From positions 1 to 47,463 of the forward strand of contig JBGTCP010000593.1 in assembly GCA_041748815.1 (NCBI GenBank): a DNA stretch of 47,463 nucleotides, given 5' to 3'. How positions within the stretch are numbered: the stretch's first letter is position 1; each line of letters starts with the position of its first letter. The notes under the pieces are model-generated. The model was not told the origin of the DNA. It searched no databases and saw only the letters and a list, made by a program, of their open reading frames with translations. The DNA is from Chthoniobacterales bacterium. GTDB lineage: Bacteria; Verrucomicrobiota; Verrucomicrobiia; Chthoniobacterales; CAKUMP01. Below, piece after piece: positions 8,725-18,171 of this stretch. The position numbers and the translations under genes are program-made.

Positions 8725-11034
8725 TCACGTTGGAAGCAGGATGTTGGCAGAGACAAATTCCCAAATCTCATTTGGCCGCGTTTGAAAGATTGCCACAACT
8801 CCTCCTGCCGGCGGGCCATCCGACCATGCGGGCTCTTGTTTTTTGGACGAGGCAATTTCCAAAGCGTGGAAATCCTCACTTCGCGCTGAGCACCAAATGG
8901 CGAGTTTGCCACCCCGCTCACTGGTGATCATGAGCTGATCGATCTTTCCTGCCGTGAATGCGCACTGGACAAGAAATGCACCTTCCGTGCGCAGGTTTAC
9001 AAACTTCGCATCGCGATTCAGATCCCACACCGGAAACAGTCTTAGAAATCCTTCGTGGCTCTGGAGTAAGGATTCATTAATGATCGCCGTGCCGCCCGCG
9101 GTCTCCAGTCCTCCGAGCGTGTGCCACACCGTGAGGTTCGGCCGGATTCCTCGACACCATCCGGCGCCGAAGTAGCGGTCGGGATTGCGCGGATCGCCCT
9201 CTTTCATCCAATATCTCATTCGTGTGTCGGCGAGATGCTCCTCCAGCCTGTTCATGATGTGCGGGTAGCCGGTGCGAACTGCCGCCATGTAGGCCCAGAC
9301 GAAAGAATTTCCCTGATCCCAAAGCTCAAGGAGTCTAAGGGTGTGAAACCCGAGCGTGCGGTTTTCCGATTGTCCTCCGATCACGAAATCGCCGCTTCCC
9401 GGCCAGAATGCCGTATACAGAGAGTGGGTGCGGCTGAAGCGTCCGCAGTCCTCCGATTCCACCAGCACCGGATAGCCATCAAACTCCGATGCTGGATACT
9501 CTGCCAGATTGTCCGCAATATCTTTCCAGACACTCGCTGTTTGTGCATCGGGACTCAGCAGCGGTATGAGTTTGATGAGCGATTTGAAAAAATGCTTCAC
9601 CAAAGCGAGGTCCCAGGTTGAGTTCCGGAAATGGTCTCCGTGTTCATGGGCAGCGCTGCCTTCGATGTGCCAGCGCCCGTGCTCATGCTTTAAAAATCCT
9701 GTCCAGAAGTCCGCAACCGCATACAAGAGCGGTGCAGCTGTGCGGGAAAGAAAATCAGGGTCCAAGGTGTGTAGAGCATGTGACAGAAAGTTGACCGCAG
9801 CAAATACCGAGCATGATTTTTGACTCATGTAATCATCCGCAACCACGATGCCTGCAGGCCCGATCCCTACAGGGTAATAGGCCCCTTTCTGAGCAGGGTC
9901 GAGATCCTCACTGGCACGCCGTAACGACTCCGGGAGAAAATCCAGGATCGCTTGATAATACGGGTGAGCAAAATCCTGACGATTGCTGCTGTAAAGCCCC
10001 TGGTAAGGTTGCTCGAAGTTGTAGTTCAGATGATAATCCCCGTTCCAGCGCGGATGGTCACTGGTGGCCGGACCGAACAGGCCGGGTGCGGTTTTCCCGG
10101 CCCGGTTCGTGCATGCCAGCAGGTATTGAGATCCGTACCAGAAGCGCTCCAAGGTGCCGCCACCGAGATCCAGCCATGCCAGCATCCAGAAATTTTCCCA
10201 CCACTTGCTATGTTGCTGCAAGGCCAGACCCGCAGGTTGGGCATGCAATTTTTCTAGCGTCTGCCGCGCCTGAGCTACCGGCTCCTTTGCATCCATGCCT
10301 CCATCGCAATAGGCCATGAGGTCACGGCTCCCGCCGGGTGCAAGGCTGATTTCCACTTTCACTGCTGCATCTGTTACCTGTGGAGCTTCGGCGGCTGTGA
10401 GCCCATCCAGCAAAATTGCCGCCCGGCTGACCCACCGCCCCCGGTCCCATGTGCTGCGCGTGACAAATGCGGTCTCGCCGTCGCACGATGCTTCGGTCGG
10501 CAAGATCGCGTCCGGGTCGTCGGATTTTTTAGCCCAAAGGCAGAGTGTGATTTTGAGCGGCTCATTGCCCGTATTCTTCAAGGCAAGTGACAAGAGATTT
10601 AGATTCGCATCCACGCGGGAAACCATCTTCAGGCCGGCGTTTTCTTTGCGGAATGTCGAAGTCAGAATCGCGCTGGAAAGCGCCAAGTCCTGATGATACG
10701 AAGCTCCTATCAGCTCGGTACTGGCAACTGTAACACCTCCGATCACAATCGGGCTCACCACGTAACCGGAATAAGGTTCATTGGTTTGCCACCCGGTTCC
10801 ATCCGTCCAGAAATCATTCTTTGAAAGATAAAATGTCTGATTCTCCGGCGGGCCGCCGACCACACATCCGAGATCCCCGTTGCCTAAAATGGGACCGTCC
10901 GGGTAATCCGGTGTAGGCACCATGTGAGGCGGATCCAGCAGAATTGCATCATGCCGGGCCAGGATGGATTGCACGGATTGCCAGTCGGAAGGGATATGAC
11001 TCATGGAGGAGATTGTGTGCGTGGAGAGTGGCAC
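8725..11034 (-). CDS. Six-hairpin glycoside hydrolase distantly GH95-like
   Basis: 769 aa. GPILGNGDLGCVVGG parallels the GH95 N-terminal motif, and HPRWNGDYHLNYNFEQPYQGLYSSN parallels the GH95 catalytic block. No signal peptide. Confidence 0.6.
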   Translation of the reverse strand: MPLSTHTISSMSHIPSDWQSVQSILARHDAILLDPPHMVPTPDYPDGPILGNGDLGCVVGGPPENQTFYLSKNDFWTDGTGWQTNEPYSGYVVSPIVIGGVTVASTELIGASYHQDLALSSAILTSTFRKENAGLKMVSRVDANLNLLSLALKNTGNEPLKITLCLWAKKSDDPDAILPTEASCDGETAFVTRSTWDRGRWVSRAAILLDGLTAAEAPQVTDAAVKVEISLAPGGSRDLMAYCDGGMDAKEPVAQARQTLEKLHAQPAGLALQQHSKWWENFWMLAWLDLGGGTLERFWYGSQYLLACTNRAGKTAPGLFGPATSDHPRWNGDYHLNYNFEQPYQGLYSSNRQDFAHPYYQAILDFLPESLRRASEDLDPAQKGAYYPVGIGPAGIVVADDYMSQKSCSVFAAVNFLSHALHTLDPDFLSRTAAPLLYAVADFWTGFLKHEHGRWHIEGSAAHEHGDHFRNSTWDLALVKHFFKSLIKLIPLLSPDAQTASVWKDIADNLAEYPASEFDGYPVLVESEDCGRFSRTHSLYTAFWPGSGDFVIGGQSENRTLGFHTLRLLELWDQGNSFVWAYMAAVRTGYPHIMNRLEEHLADTRMRYWMKEGDPRNPDRYFGAGWCRGIRPNLTVWHTLGGLETAGGTAIINESLLQSHEGFLRLFPVWDLNRDAKFVNLRTEGAFLVQCAFTAGKIDQLMITSERGGKLAIWCSARSEDFHALEIASSKKQEPAWSDGPPAGGVVAIFQTRPNEIWEFVSANILLPT

Positions 11035-11081
11035 TTTCCTTCAACTGTTACAACTGTTATTGACAATGAAACGGAATTTCT

Positions 11082-12827
11082 GTGAATCTCAATGTTGAGA
11101 TGCCCGCCTCACTTTCCATTTCTCCCATGCAACACCCATCCATTCTCTGGGTGGAAGAAACGTTCCGCGCGATGAACCTGAGAGATAAAATCGCGCAGCT
11201 TTTTCACACCACGCTGACCCATTGGGACGGGAGAATTCCCCAAGAGCATCTATTTGACCGGGCTGTAAAGAATAAAGTCGGTGGTGGATTCATGGCAGGC
11301 AAACCTTGGCGGGAGCTGCATTCGCTGGCCGGGCGGGTCCTTGCCGAATGTGAAGTGCCAATGATCTTCAGCGGTGATAGTGAGTGCGGACCGAATACGC
11401 CGCATGAAGGAGTTGCTCTCGGGTCGGCAATGGCCATCGGCGCGATAGCAGATATTGATGAGGCAGCAGAACTTGCCTACGAAGCTGGTAAGATCGCAGC
11501 GTTGCAATGCCGTGCCTGTGGTGTCCGTTGGAGCTTTGCACCGGTCGCCGACCTGAATCTGAATCCTGATAACCCGATTACCAATATCCGCTCATTCGGC
11601 AGCGATCCCCGGCGTGTTGCCCGGTTGGTGAGCGCCTATTTAAGAGGCATGCAGGAACATGGATTGGCTGCAACGCTCAAACATTTCCCCGGAGATGGCA
11701 TGGACTCGCGCGACCAACACGTGATGACCGCCCTCAACGGACTGTCTGAAGAGGAGTGGTTCGCAACGTATGGTCATGTGTTCTCCACCGGCATCAACGC
11801 TGGCGTCTGGAGTATGATGGCAGGCCATTTAGCATGGACCGCCAGATCATCACGCCACCCGGAGACAGGCAGGTTTTTACCTGCCACTGCGGACAAAGCC
11901 ATTCAGATCGATCTGCTTCGACATGAATTGGGATTTGACGGGTTGATAGTGTCCGATGCTATTGGCATGGGTGGATTGGCCGGGCACTTCCGCTCCGAAG
12001 CGGAAGTCGTATTTGCCAACATCCAGTCGGGATCGGACGTCGTGTTGTTTGTCGAGGAAGTTGAATCTGCCATCGAGTATTTTTTCCGGGCGCTGGATGA
12101 TGGCCGCATCACAGAGCAGCGCATCGAGGAGTCGGTCCGCCGCATCCTCACGCTGAAAACAAAAGTCGGGATTGATAAAGACCATGGCTCACTTCCGGCA
12201 CTGGAGCAGGCCGAAGCCGCATTCGCGGAACGTTACGTGGATGTCACGCAAACGATCGCCAGGAAATCCGTGACTCTCGCGAGCGATCAGGGCGGGCTTT
12301 TCCCGCTCAAGCTGGACGAGGGGTCACGCGTGTTGATTTTTGATTTGCCGAGGGAAACCTCTGAATTGGCGAAGCTGGCAGTGGTGGACTCCACGGTGCC
12401 AGTTGAAGAGTCCTCTTCGGAGCCGGCGCCATGCGCATTTGAACGCCGCTTTCTCGGTGCCGGTTACAATGTGACGAGAGTGAGTTGTCTCAAAGATTAT
12501 CTTAACGCGGTAGAATACACCGACCTAGTGATTTACTTGTTTCGCAACGGTCCGCAGGCCGGCCGCAATAGCGTGCGGCTGAGCTATGATGCAGTGCAGT
12601 CTTTGGACATGCCTCGGATTTTTTCGGGCTTTCCCGTAGCCTGTGTGGCATTGGGCAGCCCGTGCGTCCTTTGGGAAATTCCGGTGCTGCCAAACCTTGT
12701 GTGCACTTATGCCGCCCATCCTGCTGCACTGGAAGCCTGTGCTGATGCGATGCTCGGATCGATCCCATTCGCCGGCAGGCTGCCGCTCTCCATAGCAGAA
12801 GACGCCTGTCTGTTTCGTGCTTTATGA
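11082..12827 (+). CDS. GH3 glycoside hydrolase (beta-glucosidase / beta-N-acetylhexosaminidase type)
   Basis: KIAQLF, KHFPGDG and DGLIVSDAIGMGG (nucleophile Asp) are GH3 motifs. The ORF-track start at 11082 is a GTG. ATG alternatives lie at 11100 and 11127. Confidence 0.85.
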   Translation: MNLNVEMPASLSISPMQHPSILWVEETFRAMNLRDKIAQLFHTTLTHWDGRIPQEHLFDRAVKNKVGGGFMAGKPWRELHSLAGRVLAECEVPMIFSGDSECGPNTPHEGVALGSAMAIGAIADIDEAAELAYEAGKIAALQCRACGVRWSFAPVADLNLNPDNPITNIRSFGSDPRRVARLVSAYLRGMQEHGLAATLKHFPGDGMDSRDQHVMTALNGLSEEEWFATYGHVFSTGINAGVWSMMAGHLAWTARSSRHPETGRFLPATADKAIQIDLLRHELGFDGLIVSDAIGMGGLAGHFRSEAEVVFANIQSGSDVVLFVEEVESAIEYFFRALDDGRITEQRIEESVRRILTLKTKVGIDKDHGSLPALEQAEAAFAERYVDVTQTIARKSVTLASDQGGLFPLKLDEGSRVLIFDLPRETSELAKLAVVDSTVPVEESSSEPAPCAFERRFLGAGYNVTRVSCLKDYLNAVEYTDLVIYLFRNGPQAGRNSVRLSYDAVQSLDMPRIFSGFPVACVALGSPCVLWEIPVLPNLVCTYAAHPAALEACADAMLGSIPFAGRLPLSIAEDACLFRAL

Positions 12828-14803
12828 ACCACCAACCATTTGAATGGAATGCCGGAGCGCTTCTGCTCCGTTATGATGGGATGCTCCTCCAAGCAGAAGC
12901 ATGGGGTAAGGACAGCTTTCGTATCCGCGTCGGTCCGGCGGGTGTGATCACGGACAAGAATTGGGCACTGCTGCCGCCTCGCAGAACATATCGCGTGCGT
13001 CATGAGTTGCAGGAAAAATCTGCCACGCTGCACAATGGCAAAGCGCATCTCACGGTCCTGAGTGATGGTACATGGATCCTGAAAAATTCTGATGACCAGG
13101 TGCTTTTGCATCAGGAAAAAGTCGCTGCGTTCCTTTCTGCAGGAGGCGGACTTTATAAAATCGAAGCAAAATTTGCGGCGGTGCCGGATGAAAGAATTTA
13201 CGGTTTGGGCCAGCACCCACATGGATTTCTTGACCAAAAAGGATGCGTTATTCCTTTGGAGCAGAAAAACACGCAAGTCAGTATTCCGTTTTATATTTCC
13301 AGCCTGGGGTATGGATTTTTATGGAACAATCCGGCCATCGGTCAGGTCGAGCTTGCGAAAAACGGAACCCGCTGGGTTGCGGAAGCTTCGCCGGGATTGG
13401 ATTGCTGGATCACGGCAGCAGGAAGTTACAAGGACACGCTTGCCGCTTATGCGGAAGCCACTGGGCATGCGCCGCAGTTCCCGAGATGGGCGGAAGGCTT
13501 TTGGCAATGCAAGTTGCGCTATCGCTCACAGGATGAGTTGATGGCGGTCGCCCGGGAGTATCACCGGCGTGGGTTGCCGCTCTCGGTGATTGTGATAGAT
13601 TATTTTCATTGGACAGCAATGGGGGACTGGCAATTTGATCCGGTCGCGTGGCCTGATCCACCGGCAATGGTGCGGGAGCTGGCTGCCATGGGAGTGACTC
13701 TTATGGTTTCTGTCTGGCCAACCGTGAACGCGGTGAGCACCAATTTCCAGAAGATGCATGACAGCGGATTTCTGGTGAAGACGGCACGTGGAGTCCCTGC
13801 GGTTTCGCGATTCATTGATACTCATCCGGAAGGTCCCGTGTATTTGCACTTGTGCGACTCCACGCATCCCGGGGCACGGGAGTTTATGTGGAATGAAATC
13901 CGCAGCAATTACGTGAGTCATGGAATCAAAGCTTTCTGGCTAGATGCTTGCGAGCCGGAGATCAACCCGATGCATCACGATAATTTAGTCTACTATCTGG
14001 GTGAGGGAAATGCGGTCGGGTGCATCTATCCACTCGAACATGCGAAAGCGTTTCATGAAGGACTCACTCAAGCAGGTGAAAAAGAGATTCTGACGCTTTG
14101 CAGATCCGCCTGGGCAGGGAGCCAACGGTATGGTGCTGCAGTGTGGTCTGGCGACATCGCCTCAAGCTTTGAATCGCTGACCAAACAAGTGCGTGCAGGA
14201 CTCAGCATGGCCATGAGCGGGATCCCGTGGTGGACAGCGGACATCGGTGGATTTCACGGAGGAGACCCGGAGTCTCCGGAGTTTCGGGAACTGATTATAC
14301 GGTGGTTTCAGTATGGCCTTTTTTGTCCCATATTCCGGCTGCACGGCGTGCGCATCCCCGCTTCGCACACGGAAGGCGGACCAAATGAAATCTGGTCCTT
14401 CGGAGACGAGGCGCTGAGGGTTCTTTCAGGTCTGCTGCAGCTGCGTGAGGCATTGCGTCCTTATATCCGGCAGCAAATGCGCATCGCATCGCGCACCGGT
14501 CTGCCTCCCATGCGGCCTGTGTTTGTCGACTTCCCGCAGGATGCCAACGCGGCGCTGGTTGAAGATGCGTTTTTGTTTGGCGGCGATTTGCTCGTGGCAC
14601 CGGTGTTGGAAAAAGGGCAGCGGGAAAGTTCAGTCATCCTGCCGACCGATAGTGGAACCTCCACCCGCTGGATGGATGTGCGCACAGGTGAAACGCACAA
14701 GGGCGGGCAGAACATTCATGTTCATGCTCCGTTGTCCTCAATTCCGGTTTTCGTGAAAGCCGGCAGCGCATTGGAACGATTGAGCTGGAGTGCGATCCAA
14801 TAA
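12824..14803 (+). CDS. GH31 alpha-glycosidase (alpha-xylosidase / alpha-glucosidase type)
   Basis: IKAFWLDACEPE (nucleophile region) and AVWSGDI (acid/base region). 659 aa. ATGA overlap with the GH3 stop at 12824-12827. Confidence 0.9.
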   Translation: MNHQPFEWNAGALLLRYDGMLLQAEAWGKDSFRIRVGPAGVITDKNWALLPPRRTYRVRHELQEKSATLHNGKAHLTVLSDGTWILKNSDDQVLLHQEKVAAFLSAGGGLYKIEAKFAAVPDERIYGLGQHPHGFLDQKGCVIPLEQKNTQVSIPFYISSLGYGFLWNNPAIGQVELAKNGTRWVAEASPGLDCWITAAGSYKDTLAAYAEATGHAPQFPRWAEGFWQCKLRYRSQDELMAVAREYHRRGLPLSVIVIDYFHWTAMGDWQFDPVAWPDPPAMVRELAAMGVTLMVSVWPTVNAVSTNFQKMHDSGFLVKTARGVPAVSRFIDTHPEGPVYLHLCDSTHPGAREFMWNEIRSNYVSHGIKAFWLDACEPEINPMHHDNLVYYLGEGNAVGCIYPLEHAKAFHEGLTQAGEKEILTLCRSAWAGSQRYGAAVWSGDIASSFESLTKQVRAGLSMAMSGIPWWTADIGGFHGGDPESPEFRELIIRWFQYGLFCPIFRLHGVRIPASHTEGGPNEIWSFGDEALRVLSGLLQLREALRPYIRQQMRIASRTGLPPMRPVFVDFPQDANAALVEDAFLFGGDLLVAPVLEKGQRESSVILPTDSGTSTRWMDVRTGETHKGGQNIHVHAPLSSIPVFVKAGSALERLSWSAIQ

Positions 14804-14937
14804 GTCCGGGCTGCATTCCCGGAAGAAAAGCTGCAAAAAATTTGCTGATTTCCCGTTACCTGAACGGCAAATGTGAATTGCGAAAATATGCAGCGTGGAG
14901 ATAAATTCATCCTCGATCAACCCACCCCTGAAATCTA

Positions 14938-15849
14938 ATGAAAAACTCCCTCGTCCCTCTTTGTTCCATAGCAGCAATTGTCTCCATGGCGACTGTTTCG
15001 TTCACTGCAAACGCTGCTACGATTGTTGCCGATTTCAATAACTTGGATACCGGAATTCTGCGTGGGCAGGCGGGCGGGACCGGTTTCAGCGGAAATTGGC
15101 TTGGCAGCGCTGCGGGATCAAATCCGACCACACGCAACGTTGTGGTTGCCGGGAACCTGACATCCGCCAATTACACGCTCACCCAATCTGGAACAGCGCA
15201 AAGTGTTCAGTCCACGGATAAGCGTGAGGCGACGGATTCGCAGAATTACGTTGCGCTGGCAACACCACAGACAGGAATTGTGTGGTTCTCGTTTCTAGCG
15301 CAACTGACCGATGCTGAGGACCGGGTCGGCTTTAGTTTAAATGTCACCGGAAACACACCAGGGACAGGATCGAGGGATGCAGATTTTATTTTGGTGGGTG
15401 CGGCAGGCGGTGCCAGTAACTTCAGAACCCGGATTGGTGCAAATTCGGTGACCAATGCCACCAGCCTGAGCATTGGCACGACCTACCTAGTGCTCGCCCG
15501 CATCAACATCAATGCGACGGGAAATGATGCTCTGGACGTCTGGTTCAATCCGAACCTCACCTCCTACACCAGTGAGTCACAGTTCCTTGGAGCCGTGACG
15601 CCATCCTACTCAATTGGCACAGCGGACTGGGTGACGGGCAGCTCGATCTCAAACATTGGTGTGTTCAGTTACAACAATGGCGCAACCAATCCTGACGGCG
15701 GAATCATTGACGCCATCCGGATGAGCAATGATTCGGATGCCTTCTTCCAAGTCACTGGTGTGATTCCGGAGCCAGGCACTTCAATGCTCCTGCTCGGCGG
15801 TTTGGGAATGTTGGCTCTCCGTAGAAGGGCCACCTCACGCCGTAAATGA
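14938..15849 (+). CDS. Secreted LamG-like protein with PEP-CTERM sorting signal
   Basis: Signal peptide MKNSLVPLCSIAAIVSMATVSFTANA. C-terminus IPEPGTSMLLLGGLGMLALRRRATSRRK. Confidence 0.8.
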   Translation: MKNSLVPLCSIAAIVSMATVSFTANAATIVADFNNLDTGILRGQAGGTGFSGNWLGSAAGSNPTTRNVVVAGNLTSANYTLTQSGTAQSVQSTDKREATDSQNYVALATPQTGIVWFSFLAQLTDAEDRVGFSLNVTGNTPGTGSRDADFILVGAAGGASNFRTRIGANSVTNATSLSIGTTYLVLARININATGNDALDVWFNPNLTSYTSESQFLGAVTPSYSIGTADWVTGSSISNIGVFSYNNGATNPDGGIIDAIRMSNDSDAFFQVTGVIPEPGTSMLLLGGLGMLALRRRATSRRK

Positions 15850-15856
15850 GTTTGGC

Positions 15857-17347
15857 CTAGACTGATGCTTGAATAACCTCATCGCTCCGCCGGGTCCCCG
15901 ATTGATCGTTAACTAGATGCTTAAGCATCATTGAAGATCTGGGCCACTCGAGATCGGCATGTTGATGTGTCAGAGCAGCTCGTAATTCGGCCGGTTCCAC
16001 CTGCTCCAATGCGCAGTTGTCGTCCCTGGCCAGCGCGGCCGCTACACCGGCAGCATGGCCCATAGCCATCATGGTGCGCGACAGTCGGCAACTGGAAGCG
16101 GCCTGTGCACTGAAACCCGCCCCACGGCAGGCTACAAGCAAGTTATTACAGTCCCTTGGCAGGAGAGCCCGATAGGGGACGCCATACGGGGCGGTAAGTT
16201 CCTGCCCTGTGGATTTTCCTCCATGGAAGTCCATGGGATGGTCGCACAGAGCAATTACGTCCGGATGTGACTGGCGATTCATCCCCAAACGAATGTCATG
16301 ACTGGTCAGCATCGTTTTGGAAATCAGCCTGTGGCCTTCGCGAACTCCCATAGCCGGGGCAATCCAACGCAGCCGGTAATTTTTAAACTCTGGAAAATCC
16401 GCGAACGTTTGAAGATGGTGCCAGTGAGCAAGGACGCGTTTTCGGCATTCCTCGTAAGCGGCCGCTCGCGGCATGCGGCGGTAGTCCGCCCCGGACATGG
16501 TGGGGAGCATATTGATATTCAAGTCTCCATTGGGATACGGCCAGTGAACCGATCCAGGAAAGTTTTCGGACCACCAGCAACCGGAAGGCACCGTCGGGGA
16601 CAGCGGCTCAACTTTCCCGAAAGCAACGGGGGTCACACGATAAATGAGAGTTACCCCATTGAGGAAAAAGTTGTTTTGCTCTGGGGCTCCCGGCTCGTTG
16701 AACTTTTCATGTGCATCCTCACCCACCAGCGTCGCGCATCCTGCGGCGCGGGCCAGATGGATCTCCGCAGTAGCATCGACGTAGAAAGACGCCCGCACCA
16801 CTTCCCCGCTGGTTAACTTCAACGCAGAGATGTCCCTGCCCTCCATCTCTACTTTTTCAAAGGCCGTGTTTTTGCGTACGGTGCAGTTGCCCGACTCACT
16901 CAGCAAATCCTCCACTACTTCACAATAGGCATCCGGCTCAAAGCCGACGGCGCGCCAGCGTGCACCCGGGCCAAAACGCGGTTGCGGCAATCCGGCGGGG
17001 TCGTGAAACCGTTGCAGTGTGTTCAGATAACTGGCACGCGCATCGATGATGCTTTCGCCGCCTGGATAGCCCATGCCAAGATGAGACGGAAGCATGCAAT
17101 GCCTCCATGAACGCGTGATACAAACTGCATCCCGCTTTTGCTTGAGACGTGTGTAAATCTCGAATGGGAAAGACGTTCCGCCGACTCCCGGTTCCCAATT
17201 ATGTACGCCTCCCCTGACGGCATTGCCGCCGATGCAATCGGATTTTTCAATTAGCAGAACAGATAGTCCCATTCGTGCAGCAGCGAGGGCAGCGCCGATC
17301 CCTCCACTTCCTGCTCCTGCCACAATGAGATCATACTGATTCTGCAT
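15857..17347 (-). CDS. FAD-dependent oxidoreductase (PF12831-like)
   Basis: N-terminal dinucleotide-binding motif YDLIVAGAGSGGIGAALAAARMGLSVLLIEK. 496 aa. Confidence 0.8.
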   Translation of the reverse strand: MQNQYDLIVAGAGSGGIGAALAAARMGLSVLLIEKSDCIGGNAVRGGVHNWEPGVGGTSFPFEIYTRLKQKRDAVCITRSWRHCMLPSHLGMGYPGGESIIDARASYLNTLQRFHDPAGLPQPRFGPGARWRAVGFEPDAYCEVVEDLLSESGNCTVRKNTAFEKVEMEGRDISALKLTSGEVVRASFYVDATAEIHLARAAGCATLVGEDAHEKFNEPGAPEQNNFFLNGVTLIYRVTPVAFGKVEPLSPTVPSGCWWSENFPGSVHWPYPNGDLNINMLPTMSGADYRRMPRAAAYEECRKRVLAHWHHLQTFADFPEFKNYRLRWIAPAMGVREGHRLISKTMLTSHDIRLGMNRQSHPDVIALCDHPMDFHGGKSTGQELTAPYGVPYRALLPRDCNNLLVACRGAGFSAQAASSCRLSRTMMAMGHAAGVAAALARDDNCALEQVEPAELRAALTHQHADLEWPRSSMMLKHLVNDQSGTRRSDEVIQASV

Positions 17348-17361
17348 CGGCGGTCAGTGGT

Positions 17362-18096
17362 TCAAAGCGGAACGATTTCCTGAACCATGGGAACTACCGT
17401 GGTTTCCAGAATCTCCAGATGCGCAGGAAGTTGGACAATGTCCCAGACTACGCGGCCCAGCTCCTCGGGATGAATGCATTGAGCCCGGGTCGTTGTCTCT
17501 GTCGAGGGATGACCGGTTACATCGAGTGAATCAAAAAATCCGGTCGCACCCCACGATGGCGTGACTGTGGTAACTCGTACGCCGGAGTCTCTCAGTTCCG
17601 TATACAATCCTTTTCCAAATCGTTCGACGCCCGCTTTGGCCGCCGAATACACGGACCAGCCGGGCCATGAATATTTGGCACACACACTGGAAATATTGAT
17701 GATGGTGCCAGACCGCTGAGCACGCATGACAGGGGCCACACGGCGGCATCCCAGCATCACGCTGCCAAGGTTTAAAAGCAGACTCTCCAGAATTGCGTCG
17801 TCGGATTGATCAATCACTGGTGCAATGGTGCCACCCCCGCCGGCATTGTTTACCAGCACGTCGATCGTCGGAGAAACCGCCAGCACGCTGCTGAGAACCC
17901 GGTCCCAGTCCTCCTCTTTTGTAACGTCCGCCACGACCGGGATCGCCCCAACAGATGCAGCTGCGGAATCCAGCTTTTCCTGGTTCCTGCCTGTAATAAA
18001 TGTCCGGTAACCATTGTGTGCGAGGACTTTTGCGATGCCTTGCCCGAATCCGGATGAGGCACCAGTGACTATAGCTGTGCGGGTGGGTGTTTGCAT
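17362..18096 (-). CDS. Short-chain dehydrogenase/reductase (SDR)
   Basis: TGASSGFG cofactor motif, NNAG, and the YSAAK catalytic YxxxK. The start is chosen at MQTPTRTAIVTGASSGFG (18096). Confidence 0.9.
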   Translation of the reverse strand: MQTPTRTAIVTGASSGFGQGIAKVLAHNGYRTFITGRNQEKLDSAAASVGAIPVVADVTKEEDWDRVLSSVLAVSPTIDVLVNNAGGGGTIAPVIDQSDDAILESLLLNLGSVMLGCRRVAPVMRAQRSGTIINISSVCAKYSWPGWSVYSAAKAGVERFGKGLYTELRDSGVRVTTVTPSWGATGFFDSLDVTGHPSTETTTRAQCIHPEELGRVVWDIVQLPAHLEILETTVVPMVQEIVPL

Positions 18097-18171
18097 GAGA
18101 AAATGGTTTCGACTTCCACCATGCGGTAGAAAGTCTTGCAAACAACCCGAATGTCCCGTTAAGGTAACAGC

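Noticed and set aside
11060-11089. TTGACA followed 17-18 nt later by TGAATC/GAATCT as a sigma-70 promoter for the GH3 gene.
   Set aside because: The -10 match is poor and the promoter consensus for this lineage is unknown to me. It is mentioned only as context for the 9-bp tandem repeat.
12707-13276. 189-aa minus-strand ORF across the GH3/GH31 junction.
   Set aside because: It is antisense to two genes with strong family motifs and an ATGA coupling. It has no features of its own.
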